Origin: an uncultured Mesoaciditoga sp.
GTDB taxonomy: Bacteria; Thermotogota; Thermotogae; Mesoaciditogales; Mesoaciditogaceae
Assembly (NCBI GenBank): GCA_964470975.1
Contig: CAYYEU010000001.1
Location: 1-61,466, forward strand
Direction: 5' to 3'
Length of the DNA stretch: 61,466 bases
A program made the position numbers and the translations under genes. Positions 1 to 9,446 of the stretch are shown here, piece after piece (positions within the stretch are counted from its first letter, which is position 1; the number at the start of each line of letters is the position of its first letter). The notes below the pieces were generated by a model, which saw only the letters and a program-made list of their open reading frames with translations, did no database searches and was not told the origin of the DNA.

Positions 1-945
1 AGCACATCTGCAACGCTTAACGTAGTTGCAATGGTGAATGGAGAGCCTATATATTCAAATGTTCTAAAAAATGCAGCCAATATAGGGCAAACACTTCAAG
101 CGATCCAAAAGGCCAATCCCAAAATGTACCAACTTCTTGTCTCGTCAAAAGCCGGCACGGATTTTCTCAAAGCTTACAACAGATCTGTGCTTAATGACTT
201 GATAGACAGTGCTCTTATGGAACAAATTGCTTCCAAAGAATATGGTATAAAATTCACTGATGCACAAGCTATGTCCAAAGTTCAAGAGCAGGTGCTTCAG
301 ATGTTGAAGAATTACAACATAACGAAGGAGCAATTTTCACAGTACTTGCAATCACAAGGATATGGTAGTGTAGAACAATTCGAGAAGAACTCCATATTCA
401 CGATGAAATTTTCTATGACAGTCGATGCGCTGAGAAAAGCGGTTACGTCTTCGGCAGCTGTTAGTGAAGATGAGGTTAAACAGTATTACAACGCCAACAT
501 TGATTCGTTTAAAACACCAAAACAAGTAAACGTTGAACACATAATGTCTGATTCCGAAGCGACAGCGAATAAGATATTAAAAGAGATAAAAGCAGGAGAG
601 GTAACCTTTGAATCGGCAGCTTCTAAATATTCTCTTGATGTTCAAACAAAAGACAAAAACGGAGATCTTGGTTGGGTACCAGAAACTGCCAATATGCCCG
701 ATTTCGAAGTTAAACTTTTTTCCGCAGGCATTGGAGACGTAATAGGGCCAATCAAAACTTCCTACGGATGGGAGCTCTTCAAAGTCACTGGAAAGAAAGA
801 CGCTTCGATCAAGAGTCTGGCTGAAGCCTCTACAGGCATCAAAAAAGACTTGCTTTCCAAAAAGCAAGAAAAACTTTGGAATGATTGGCTTAAGGGTGTG
901 TTTGATAAATTCAAAAAAGGTAGCAAAATAAAGGTGTTTATTTGA
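1..945 (+). CDS. SurA/PrsA-like peptidyl-prolyl cis-trans isomerase (parvulin/PpiC domain), 5' end probably outside the window
   Basis: The frame is open from nt 1 (STSATLNVVAMVNGEPIY), which resembles the SurA N-terminal VAxVNGxxI motif. The C-terminal half has a parvulin-like segment (VNVEHIM...DLGWV...GPIKTSYGWELFKV). Confidence 0.8.
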   Translation, partial: STSATLNVVAMVNGEPIYSNVLKNAANIGQTLQAIQKANPKMYQLLVSSKAGTDFLKAYNRSVLNDLIDSALMEQIASKEYGIKFTDAQAMSKVQEQVLQMLKNYNITKEQFSQYLQSQGYGSVEQFEKNSIFTMKFSMTVDALRKAVTSSAAVSEDEVKQYYNANIDSFKTPKQVNVEHIMSDSEATANKILKEIKAGEVTFESAASKYSLDVQTKDKNGDLGWVPETANMPDFEVKLFSAGIGDVIGPIKTSYGWELFKVTGKKDASIKSLAEASTGIKKDLLSKKQEKLWNDWLKGVFDKFKKGSKIKVFI

Positions 946-959
946 AAGGAAGTGTATCG

Positions 960-1262
960 ATGAGTGTTAAGAAAGAAGCTGTAACGGATGCTTTGAGATC
1001 TGTTATGGATCCGGAAATAGGGATAGACGTCGTATCCTTAGGACTGGTATACGATGTCAACATATCTTCAGATGGTGACGTTCATATCAAAATGACGATG
1101 ACAACTCCAGGTTGCCCGTTGGTTGGCATGATGACTGAAGATGCGAAAAACGTAATTGAAACCATAGATGGAGTTAAATCTGTAAATGTTGAATTGGTTT
1201 GGGATCCACCTTGGACCCCTGATTTGATAGAGCCAGAGGTGAGGGCAAGACTTGGCATCTAA
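960..1262 (+). CDS. DUF59/MIP18-family Fe-S cluster assembly protein (SufT/PaaD-like)
   Basis: MDPEIGIDVVSLGLVYDV and TTPGCPL motifs are typical of DUF59. The ATG at 960 follows AAGGAAG; the track ORF starts at TTG 942. Confidence 0.75.
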   Translation: MSVKKEAVTDALRSVMDPEIGIDVVSLGLVYDVNISSDGDVHIKMTMTTPGCPLVGMMTEDAKNVIETIDGVKSVNVELVWDPPWTPDLIEPEVRARLGI

Positions 1263-2064
1263 CATATGGACTATCAGAAGTGTTCTTAATTGGACGACCA
1301 AATATTTAAGCAAAATTTCAAGATCTCCGCGCACAGACGCGGAGATCCTTTTGAGTTATGTTTCTAACAAAAACAGATTATGGTTGTACACCAACTTCGA
1401 TTCAACACTTTCAAAGGAAGTGTTGAAAAAATTTCACGAAATCGTTGAACTTCGTTTCAAGGGAATTCCCGTTTATCACATAACCGGCGAAAAATACTTC
1501 ATGGCGTTGAAGTTCAAAGTGAACGATCGAGTATTGGTCCCGCGGCCAGAAACCGAAGAACTTGTAGAGCACGTTATCATGGATTCAAAAAAAGTGGGTT
1601 GGAAAAGATTTGTTGACATTGGGTGCGGAAGTGGAGTAATAGCCGTATCCATAGCCAAGTACCTTCCGGATTCTCATGTATGGGCAGTTGACGTAAACAG
1701 AAATGCACTCGAACTCACATGTGAAAACGCCAAGATTCATAACGTTTCAGACAGAGTTCATGTAGAAGAAAGCAAAATTGAACATGTAGACGTTGTCGTT
1801 TCAAATCCGCCATACCTTACTCAAAAAGAGTGGGAAGAATTGCCGGAATTACATCATGAACCTTATGAAGCGCTTGTTGGAGGCAAGGATGGTAATGACG
1901 TGTACAAATACATTCTTCAAAAGTATTCTCCAAAGGTATTCTATTTTGAGATTGCACACCCTTTTAGAGGATCGTTGAAGCGTATTTTTGAGGAAAAGGG
2001 TTTCAATCACAAAATACTTAAGGACCTTTCAAAAAGAGATCGAATTGCCGTGGTGTGGAAATAA
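1252..2064 (+). CDS. prmC: peptide chain release factor N5-glutamine methyltransferase
   Basis: VSNPPY catalytic motif, SAM-binding DIGCGSG, and HemK-like N-terminus. TTG start preceded by GAGGTGAG. Confidence 0.85.
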   Translation: MASNIWTIRSVLNWTTKYLSKISRSPRTDAEILLSYVSNKNRLWLYTNFDSTLSKEVLKKFHEIVELRFKGIPVYHITGEKYFMALKFKVNDRVLVPRPETEELVEHVIMDSKKVGWKRFVDIGCGSGVIAVSIAKYLPDSHVWAVDVNRNALELTCENAKIHNVSDRVHVEESKIEHVDVVVSNPPYLTQKEWEELPELHHEPYEALVGGKDGNDVYKYILQKYSPKVFYFEIAHPFRGSLKRIFEEKGFNHKILKDLSKRDRIAVVWK

Positions 2065-2721
2065 ATGGCTCGCATACTTTTAGTAGAAGATGATCCAACG
2101 ATAAGAGAAATCACAAAATTGTACTTTGAGCGTGAACACGAAATATTTCTTGCCAAAGATGGTATGGAAGCAATTAAATCTATGAACAAAAATGAATTGG
2201 ACATAATTGTGCTTGATCTTATTCTTCCAAAGCTTAGGGGCGAAGTTGTTGCGCAGATTGCGGAAATGAAGAAAATCCCCGTAATAATGGTAACGGCCAA
2301 AAATGCAGAAGATGATATTCTCAACGGCTTGAAATTGGGAGCAGTGGACTACGTTACGAAACCATTTTCTCCGAAAGTTCTTCTCGCAAAAGTTAACAAC
2401 TTCTTAAAACACCTTGCCAAAGCCGAAAAATATCCTTTTGTTGACAGAACATCTCGAACACTTTTTACCAGAAGTACAAAAGTGTATTTAAGTCCAATAG
2501 AAGCCATTATGCTTGATGAAATGATGAAAAAAACTTCTAAAGCGTTCAGCAGAAAAGAGCTTTTGAATCTTGTGTGGAAAAATCAAAACATCTCGGTAAG
2601 AATCGTAGATGCAACGATCAAAAACCTCAGGAAGAAATTGATCAATACAGATGTTGAAATTCGAACGGTTTTCGGAGTAGGATACATAGTGGAAGTCAAA
2701 AACACCTCTAAAGGGTCATGA
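2065..2721 (+). CDS. OmpR-family response regulator (receiver plus winged-helix domain); no kinase gene adjacent
   Basis: Receiver residues are present (EDD, LDLILP Asp, MVTA, TKPF). The C-terminal winged-helix ends in FGVGYIVE. Confidence 0.85.
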   Translation: MARILLVEDDPTIREITKLYFEREHEIFLAKDGMEAIKSMNKNELDIIVLDLILPKLRGEVVAQIAEMKKIPVIMVTAKNAEDDILNGLKLGAVDYVTKPFSPKVLLAKVNNFLKHLAKAEKYPFVDRTSRTLFTRSTKVYLSPIEAIMLDEMMKKTSKAFSRKELLNLVWKNQNISVRIVDATIKNLRKKLINTDVEIRTVFGVGYIVEVKNTSKGS

Positions 2722-2749
2722 AGTTGTAAAACATCACCAAAATTAAGAC

Positions 2750-2778
2750 TTGAGTCCCGTTTTTTTTTGTGATATACT
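2750..2778 (+). promoter_or_regulatory. sigma-70-type promoter for the tRNA-Ser/tRNA-Arg pair
   Basis: TTGAGT (2750-2755), 17-nt spacer containing TGA, then TATACT (2773-2778). It lies about 50 nt upstream of the tRNA-Ser 5' end. Confidence 0.45.
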
Positions 2779-2828
2779 ACGTATCGAGCTCGGGATGAAC
2801 TTACATTAATCTAAATTTCCGGTCGAAT

Positions 2829-2917
2829 GGAGAGATGGCCGAGTGGTCGAAGGCGCTTGCCTGCTAAGCAAGTGTGGGATTTTCCCACCGTGGGTTCAAA
2901 TCCCACTCTCTCCGCCA
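2829..2917 (+). tRNA. tRNA-Ser (anticodon GCT), long variable arm, CCA encoded
   Basis: Hand-folded cloverleaf: acceptor GGAGAGA/TCTCTCC, anticodon loop CTGCTAA, T-loop GTGGG-TTCAAAT-CCCAC, 3' GCCA. Confidence 0.95.
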
Positions 2918-2922
2918 TATTT

Positions 2923-2999
2923 GTGCCCGTAGCTCAGCTGGATAGAGCGATAGATTGCGGATCTATAGGCCGGGAGTTCAAATCTCCCCGGGCACGCCA
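2923..2999 (+). tRNA. tRNA-Arg (anticodon GCG), CCA encoded
   Basis: Acceptor GTGCCCG/CGGGCAC, anticodon arm ATAGA-TTGCGGA-TCTAT, T-arm GGGAG-TTCAAAT-CTCCC. Confidence 0.93.
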
Positions 3000-3009
3000 G
3001 GTGTTTTAT

Positions 3010-3555
3010 ATGTTGAAGTTAAAATTAGAAACTTTAAAGCACGAAAAAACCGTGCAAATAGAAGAAAAGCTTGATTGGAATTTCCTCGAATTGGAAGGTG
3101 AATCTTATCCTTACTCGGAACCGGTAAGGGTGAGAATTGAAGCGTCTTTTTTGCGAGGGAGAATTGGTGTGACTGGCTCAGTAGAAACAGTTGTGATTCA
3201 CCCTTGTGATAGATGTTTGGAGCCTGTTTACTTGAAAATAAACGGCAAAATAGATGCACTTTACCTCCCAGAAGAGAAAAAAATCAAGCAAAAGCGTTTT
3301 GAAAAGAGCATTGAACTTACTGAACTGGACAATTCGTTCTTCTACAATCCCCAAGATGAGTTCATTGATCTTGAAGATAGGGTGATCGAGGCAATAGTTA
3401 TCGAAATACCTATAAAAGTTTTGTGCAAAGAAGACTGTAAAGGATTGTGCCCGTATTGTGGTATAAATTTGAATGAGCATCCAGATCATGTGTGTGAGCA
3501 TGGCTCTAAAAAGGCATCCCCTTTTGCAGTGCTGAAAGACAAGTTCAAAAACTAA
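3010..3555 (+). CDS. yceD: DUF177/YceD-family protein (23S rRNA accumulation protein)
   Basis: Cys motifs HPCDRC and CKGLCPYCG are present, and the gene sits immediately upstream of rpmF-plsX. The track ORF start at 2827 runs through the two tRNA genes, so the ATG at 3010 is used. Confidence 0.8.
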   Translation: MLKLKLETLKHEKTVQIEEKLDWNFLELEGESYPYSEPVRVRIEASFLRGRIGVTGSVETVVIHPCDRCLEPVYLKINGKIDALYLPEEKKIKQKRFEKSIELTELDNSFFYNPQDEFIDLEDRVIEAIVIEIPIKVLCKEDCKGLCPYCGINLNEHPDHVCEHGSKKASPFAVLKDKFKN

Positions 3556-3634
3556 CATCAATTCAGAAAAACATACCGATAAAAGATAGCGGTTGTTGAT
3601 TTGGAATTAGAAAATTCGAAGGGAGAGTTTATCA

Positions 3635-3817
3635 ATGGCTGTACCTAAGAAAAAACCATCGAAGGCGAGAACCAGTCGACGAAGAGCAACTTACTACAAA
3701 GCCATAAAAGTAGCGACGGTTAAGTGCCCAAACTGTGGAGAGCCAATGCTTCCTCACCACGTTTGTTTGCATTGTGGTTATTACAACGGCAAACAAGTCT
3801 TAGAAGTGAAGGAGTGA
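3635..3817 (+). CDS. rpmF: 50S ribosomal protein L32
   Basis: MAVPKKKPSKARTSRRRA N-terminus and CPNCGE...CLHCG zinc ribbon. Confidence 0.95.
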   Translation: MAVPKKKPSKARTSRRRATYYKAIKVATVKCPNCGEPMLPHHVCLHCGYYNGKQVLEVKE

Positions 3818-3826
3818 TCTTCTCCT

Positions 3827-4804
3827 TTGGCACGAATAGCACTCGACGCTTTTGGCAGTGATAACGCTCCCTACGAAGAGGCGAAGGGAGCGCTTTTGTT
3901 CGTAAAAAAAACTTCCCATACAATCGTTCTCGTGGGCGATAGAGAAGAGCTTGAACAGTTGATTCCGAAAGGAATAGAACGAATAGAAATTTTTCATGCT
4001 CCAAAAAGATTTGGTATGGCACAAAAGCCAACGGAAATATTGAAAATGAAGGATAGCTCGTTGGCAACTTGTGCAAGGGTGGTTAAAGATGGTGAAGCGG
4101 ATGGATTTGTGAGTGCTGGCAACACCGGTGCCATTCTTGTCTGTGGGACTTTTGTAGTTGGAAGAACAAAAGGTATAGACCGCCCAGCCATCGCCACTAC
4201 CATACCTTCCGCAATTGGTGGCACTGTTCTTATAGACTCTGGAGCCAATGTTACACTCAAACCTCAAAGTTATCCCCAACTTGCATCTATGGGGCTTGCT
4301 TACGCACACTCTGTTTTGAAACGAACAAAACCCAAATGTGGTCTTTTGAATGTTGGAACTGAGCCAGAAAAAGGGAACGATACGGTTAAAGAAGCCTACG
4401 CTCTTATCAAACAAAAAATTGGAGAGTCCTTTGTTGGAAATGTGGAAGGCAGAGATGTTTGCATGGGAAATGTCGATGTTGTGATATGTGATGGTTTCAG
4501 TGGAAACATCGTTTTGAAAACTTTAGAAGGTGTCGGATCGTTATTTTCAAAGAATTTGAAGGATTCTATAAAGAAATCGAACATTTTTCAAAAAATAGGT
4601 GCTCTTATGATGAAAGGTACTTTTGCATCTTTTAAAGAGGCTTTTGATTACAGAAAATACGGTGGGGCGTTCTTGCTCGGAGTGAATGGAGCAATTGTTA
4701 AGGCACATGGTTCTTCCGATTCATTGGCAATATACAACGCGCTTAGAGTTGCAGCAGAAGGTGTTGAAAACCATATACTGGACGAGATAAACGAGGGGAT
4801 GTAA
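3827..4804 (+). CDS. plsX: phosphate acyltransferase PlsX
   Basis: IALDAFGSDNAP N-terminus, DGFVSAGNTGA, and position after rpmF. TTG start. Confidence 0.93.
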   Translation: MARIALDAFGSDNAPYEEAKGALLFVKKTSHTIVLVGDREELEQLIPKGIERIEIFHAPKRFGMAQKPTEILKMKDSSLATCARVVKDGEADGFVSAGNTGAILVCGTFVVGRTKGIDRPAIATTIPSAIGGTVLIDSGANVTLKPQSYPQLASMGLAYAHSVLKRTKPKCGLLNVGTEPEKGNDTVKEAYALIKQKIGESFVGNVEGRDVCMGNVDVVICDGFSGNIVLKTLEGVGSLFSKNLKDSIKKSNIFQKIGALMMKGTFASFKEAFDYRKYGGAFLLGVNGAIVKAHGSSDSLAIYNALRVAAEGVENHILDEINEGM

Positions 4805-6619
4805 ATGTGTGGGATATATGGATTCATTGGTGATGGAAAGGTAGAAGATCTTGTTAACGGACTGAAAAAGCTTGAATATAGAGGGTACGACTCGGCTGGT
4901 GTTGCTTTCACAAAGAACGACTCCCTCATCATTGAAAAACATACGGGTAAGGTAGATCAGCTACGTAACTTCCTTGGTTCAAATCTTAAAGAAAAGATAT
5001 ACGCTGGCGTTGCTCACACACGCTGGGCGACTCACGGAGTGCCAAATGATTTGAATGCGCACCCACAGACGGATTGTACACATAAAATAGCTGTTGTTCA
5101 CAACGGAATCATTGAAAATTTTTCGAGTCTTCGTTCCCAACTTCAAATTGAAGGACACAAATTCATATCGCAAACAGACACAGAAGTGATAGCCCATCTC
5201 GTTGAGAAGTACTTCAACGGTGATCTTCTTGAAGCCGTTAGAAAAGCCACTTTAGATCTTGAAGGCACATACGCTATAGGCGTGCTTCATAGTGATGTAA
5301 AGGGTGAGATCGTCTTTGCACGTCGTAAGAGTCCATTGGTTGTGGCTTCAGATGGGAAGAGAAGTTTTTGCGCATCGGACGTTACGCCACTGATCTCTTC
5401 GAATAGAGATGTTGTGTTTTTGGAAGATGGACAGCTGGCGAGATTGACAGCGGGTGATTTTGAAATATTTGAATCTACCGCTAAGAGTGTGGATAAAAAG
5501 TTTCACCACATAAATTGGAATGAGAAAGATGCTGAAAAAGGTGGCTACAAACACTTCATGATAAAAGAAATTCACGAAGAGCCAAGAGTTATCTCCGATG
5601 CTTTATCAGGCAGAATATCTAACGAAAAGATCACGTTTGATGAATTGGAAGGCTGGGAAGAGTACTTAAAAGATCTGAATAAACTGAATGTAGTGGCATG
5701 TGGCACGAGTTACCACGCTGGATTGATTTTCAAATATTTTTTTGAAAGCCTCAGGCCTTTCAACATAGAAGTGGAAGTCTCATCCGAATACAGGTACAGA
5801 AATGTTTTTGTGGATGACAAGACACTCACGATAGCAATAAGCCAATCAGGTGAAACTGCTGATACGCTTGAAAGCGTAAGGTTGGTGAAATCTCTTGGAG
5901 GAAAGGTTTTGGCGATATCCAATGTTGTCGGATCTACTTTAACACGTGAAGCAGACAAAACGTTGTACATAAATGCCGGTCCGGAGATCAGCGTTGCCTC
6001 AACCAAGGCTTATATAGGGCAAATGGCAGTTTTATATTCGTTGGCCCTTTACATTGATTCCATAATGGATGGAAGCCATCCTGAAATTGTGAAATCACTG
6101 AGTGAACTCCCAAAAATCATGGACAATTTTATAATTTCCTCAAATGCTAAGATAAAAGAAGTGGCAAATAAATATGTTGGATATGCCAACTTCATGTACA
6201 TAGGGAGAGGAATCAACTTTCCTTCGGCGCTTGAAGGAGCTTTGAAATTAAAGGAAATCAGTTACACGAATGCTGTGGGGTATCAAGCGGGAGAATTGAA
6301 GCATGGTCCAATAGCCTTACTCGATGAAAAATTCCCGGTTATGGCCATTGCCGTGAATGATAAACTCAAAGAGAAAATGATGTCGAATATCCTTGAAACC
6401 AAAGCGAGAAATGCCCACGTAGTTGCAGTTCTTACCAAGGGGGATTCAAAGATTTCGTCCATGGTGAATGACTCTGTGTACCTTCCAGAGCTTCCTTATT
6501 ATTTGTATCCTTTTCTTGTTGGAACAGCATTTCAACTTTTTGCGTACCATGTGGCAGATGGCAGAGATTTGAATATTGACATGCCACGTAACCTCGCGAA
6601 AAGCGTAACTGTTGAGTAG
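4805..6619 (+). CDS. glmS: glutamine--fructose-6-phosphate aminotransferase
   Basis: MCGI N-terminal nucleophile, two SIS domains (SQSGETADT), C-terminal NLAKSVTVE. Confidence 0.97.
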   Translation: MCGIYGFIGDGKVEDLVNGLKKLEYRGYDSAGVAFTKNDSLIIEKHTGKVDQLRNFLGSNLKEKIYAGVAHTRWATHGVPNDLNAHPQTDCTHKIAVVHNGIIENFSSLRSQLQIEGHKFISQTDTEVIAHLVEKYFNGDLLEAVRKATLDLEGTYAIGVLHSDVKGEIVFARRKSPLVVASDGKRSFCASDVTPLISSNRDVVFLEDGQLARLTAGDFEIFESTAKSVDKKFHHINWNEKDAEKGGYKHFMIKEIHEEPRVISDALSGRISNEKITFDELEGWEEYLKDLNKLNVVACGTSYHAGLIFKYFFESLRPFNIEVEVSSEYRYRNVFVDDKTLTIAISQSGETADTLESVRLVKSLGGKVLAISNVVGSTLTREADKTLYINAGPEISVASTKAYIGQMAVLYSLALYIDSIMDGSHPEIVKSLSELPKIMDNFIISSNAKIKEVANKYVGYANFMYIGRGINFPSALEGALKLKEISYTNAVGYQAGELKHGPIALLDEKFPVMAIAVNDKLKEKMMSNILETKARNAHVVAVLTKGDSKISSMVNDSVYLPELPYYLYPFLVGTAFQLFAYHVADGRDLNIDMPRNLAKSVTVE

Positions 6620-6626
6620 GAGGTAA

Positions 6627-6980
6627 TTGAGATTGAGTGTTTTGAAACGCGTGTGTAAGGAGCTATCGAAGGACGAAGATTGTCATCTCACAGTCTTGAA
6701 GATGACTCAAATGAGTTATATGACAGACTATTTTGTCATAGCAAGTGCCGATTCTACCATTCAGATGAAAGCCATGCGAGACAGAATCGTGGAAACTTTA
6801 AGAGCACTGCATCATCCTATAGTTTTTTACGATAAAAATACCGATCATGATTGGATGATCGTGGACGCAGAAGAAATAGTGATTCACATTTTCACCAAGA
6901 AAGCACGTGACTTTTACGATTTGGAATCACTGTGGTCTGACGCTGAGAGGGTTGATCCGGAGAAGGAGGATGAAGAGTAA
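6627..6980 (+). CDS. rsfS: ribosome silencing factor RsfS (iojap family)
   Basis: DYFVIASADSTIQMKAM and WMIVDAEEIVIHIF are typical iojap motifs. TTG start after GGAGGTAA. Confidence 0.85.
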   Translation: MRLSVLKRVCKELSKDEDCHLTVLKMTQMSYMTDYFVIASADSTIQMKAMRDRIVETLRALHHPIVFYDKNTDHDWMIVDAEEIVIHIFTKKARDFYDLESLWSDAERVDPEKEDEE

Positions 6981-9440
6981 ATGTACGATCACAAAACGAT
7001 AGATGAAAAGTGGCAAACCCGTTGGGAAGAATCGGGACTTTTTCATACTCCACAAAATTCCAAAAAACCGAAATACTATTCTTTGGTGATGTTCCCTTAT
7101 CCATCAGGAAGTATACACGTTGGCCATGTTAAAAATTACACGATCGGAGATGTTGTAGCACGTTACAAGCGAATGAGAGGCTATAATGTACTCAATCCAT
7201 TCGGATTCGACGCCTTTGGCCTTCCCGCTGAAAATGCTGCAATAGCTCATGGAAATATTCATCCGGAGGAATGGACAAAGAAAAATATAGAAATCATACG
7301 AAAGCAAATAAAAAAACTGGGATTCAGTTATGATTGGGAAAGGGAAGTCATAACTTGTGATGAGAATTACTACAAATGGACCCAATGGATCTTCTTAAAA
7401 CTTTACGAAAATGGGCTTGCATATAAGAAATCCGGTGCCGTGAATTGGTGTCCACATTGTAAAACTGTTCTTGCAAACGAGCAGGTTGTAGACGGAAAGT
7501 GCGAAAGGTGTGGAACACCCGTTATAGTCAAGCAACTCGATCAGTGGTATCTTAAAATCACCAATTACGCAGAAGAATTAGACCGTTTCTTGAATAAATT
7601 AGGTGGCTGGCCAGAAAATGTGAAGATCATGCAAAGAAATTGGATAGGCAAAAGCGTTGGGGCTGAGGTGAACTTTAAAATCGCAGAAAGTGGAAAAGAT
7701 TTGAAGATCTTCACAACTCGTCCAGACACATTGTGGGGAGTCACGTTCATGGCCATCGCACCTGAATCTCCCTTACTCGAGGAATTAACAGTCGAAAAGA
7801 AAAGAAAAGAAGTTGAAAAATTCCTTGCCAAGATAAAATCCGATAAAAACAGATTTGAAAGGTTCTCTGCCGACGCTCCAAAAGAAGGCATCTTCTTAGG
7901 AACACACGCCATAAATCCAGTTAACGGTGAAAGTGTTCCAATATATGTGGCAAATTATATACTCTACGAGTACGGAACTGGCGCCATCATGGCAGTTCCC
8001 GCTCATGATACACGTGATTACGCATTTGCGATCAAGTACTCACTTCCCATAAGAGGAGTGGTATCATCAAATGGATGCGAGCTTCCATATGATGGGGACG
8101 GCATCTTGAAAAATTCTGGACCATTCAGTGGCATGAAAAATAGAGAATCAATAGATAAGATCTTCGATTATCTTGAAGAAAACGGTATGGGGAAAAAGAC
8201 CGTTAATTACAAATTAAGGGATTGGCTTATATCTAGGCAACGTTATTGGGGGGCACCCATTCCTGTGGTGTATTGTGAAAAATGTGGGATAGTTCCCGTG
8301 AAAGAAGAAGAACTCCCTGTAAAATTACCAAAAGACGTGAGATTTGATCCAACTGGCAAATCTCCTCTTGCAAGCAATGAAAATTTCTTACATACAACTT
8401 GTCCAAAATGTGGGGGACCAGCAATCAGAGAAAGCGACACAATGGACACATTTGTCGATTCATCATGGTATTACTTAAGGTACGTGAACCCTCACGATAG
8501 CAACGCTCCTTTCAAAAAAGCAGATGTTAATGAATGGCTGCCAGTTGATCAATACATAGGTGGCGTAGAACATGCCATTCTTCATCTTCTCTATTCAAGG
8601 TTTATAACAAAAGCACTAAGAGATGCAGGTGTGCTTTCTTTCGATGAACCGTTTGAAAATCTTTTCACCCAGGGAATGCTATACAAAGATGGGGCAAAGA
8701 TGTCAAAGTCTAAGGGAAATGTCGTTTCACCAGATGATATGATCGAAAAATATGGTGCCGACACCTTACGACTTTACATTCTCTTCATGGGACCTCCAGA
8801 AAAGGACGCAGAATGGCAGGATAGTGGCCTTGAAGGTGTGGACAGATTTGTCACGAAAATGTGGAATCTCTTTGAGAGAATATTGCCACTTATTCGAGAA
8901 CATAGAAGTACGCTTTTAAAAGAGGAGCTGAATGATGCCGAATATGAATTGCGTATGAAATTACACTTTATGATAAAAAAGATAACCCAGGACATAGAAG
9001 GTGCTTTTCGCTTCAACACAGTTATCAGTGGATTCATGGAGCTTGTCAATACATTTACAAATTACGTGAATTCAACTTCCGAAAGCAAAGTGAATCTGGA
9101 TCTTCTTAATGAATTCGCGAATAAGTTTATTCCCGCTCTTTCACCGTTTGCTCCACATATAGCCGAGGAATTATGGGAACGTATGGGGGAAAAGCCTTTT
9201 GTGGCGAATGCGCTATGGCCCACATACGATGAGTCAGCACTCGTTGCAAGAAAGGCAAAGTTGGCCATTATGGTAAATGGCAAAATAAGGGCTCATATAA
9301 ATATTGATCCCAGTTTACCTAATGAAGAGATCATCAAAGCCGCCCTTGGAAATGACAAAATAAAGGCGTTACTGAACGGAAAAGAACCGACTAAAACATT
9401 TGTCGTTAAGGGACGACTTGTAAACGTCGTGGTGAGGTGA
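6981..9440 (+). CDS. leuS: leucine--tRNA ligase
   Basis: PYPSGSIHVGH (HIGH motif), KMSKSKGN (KMSKS motif), 819 aa. Confidence 0.97.
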   Translation: MYDHKTIDEKWQTRWEESGLFHTPQNSKKPKYYSLVMFPYPSGSIHVGHVKNYTIGDVVARYKRMRGYNVLNPFGFDAFGLPAENAAIAHGNIHPEEWTKKNIEIIRKQIKKLGFSYDWEREVITCDENYYKWTQWIFLKLYENGLAYKKSGAVNWCPHCKTVLANEQVVDGKCERCGTPVIVKQLDQWYLKITNYAEELDRFLNKLGGWPENVKIMQRNWIGKSVGAEVNFKIAESGKDLKIFTTRPDTLWGVTFMAIAPESPLLEELTVEKKRKEVEKFLAKIKSDKNRFERFSADAPKEGIFLGTHAINPVNGESVPIYVANYILYEYGTGAIMAVPAHDTRDYAFAIKYSLPIRGVVSSNGCELPYDGDGILKNSGPFSGMKNRESIDKIFDYLEENGMGKKTVNYKLRDWLISRQRYWGAPIPVVYCEKCGIVPVKEEELPVKLPKDVRFDPTGKSPLASNENFLHTTCPKCGGPAIRESDTMDTFVDSSWYYLRYVNPHDSNAPFKKADVNEWLPVDQYIGGVEHAILHLLYSRFITKALRDAGVLSFDEPFENLFTQGMLYKDGAKMSKSKGNVVSPDDMIEKYGADTLRLYILFMGPPEKDAEWQDSGLEGVDRFVTKMWNLFERILPLIREHRSTLLKEELNDAEYELRMKLHFMIKKITQDIEGAFRFNTVISGFMELVNTFTNYVNSTSESKVNLDLLNEFANKFIPALSPFAPHIAEELWERMGEKPFVANALWPTYDESALVARKAKLAIMVNGKIRAHINIDPSLPNEEIIKAALGNDKIKALLNGKEPTKTFVVKGRLVNVVVR

Positions 9441-9446
9441 TGTGAA

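Noticed and set aside
2827-3009. N-terminal 61 codons of the track ORF 2827..3555
   Set aside because: This stretch is the sequence of tRNA-Ser(GCT) and tRNA-Arg(GCG) read as protein. The real CDS starts at ATG 3010.
3800-4414. 204-aa antisense ORF opposite plsX, and similar long antisense ORFs (17402..17848, 27603..28034, 38210..38500, 42519..42935, 51404..51910)
   Set aside because: Each lies fully inside or opposite a confidently identified gene. They have Cys/Phe/Ser-rich junk-like composition and lack start-site signals.
4800-4810. Possible glmS ribozyme upstream of glmS
   Set aside because: glmS starts immediately after the plsX stop codon, so there is no leader to hold a ribozyme.
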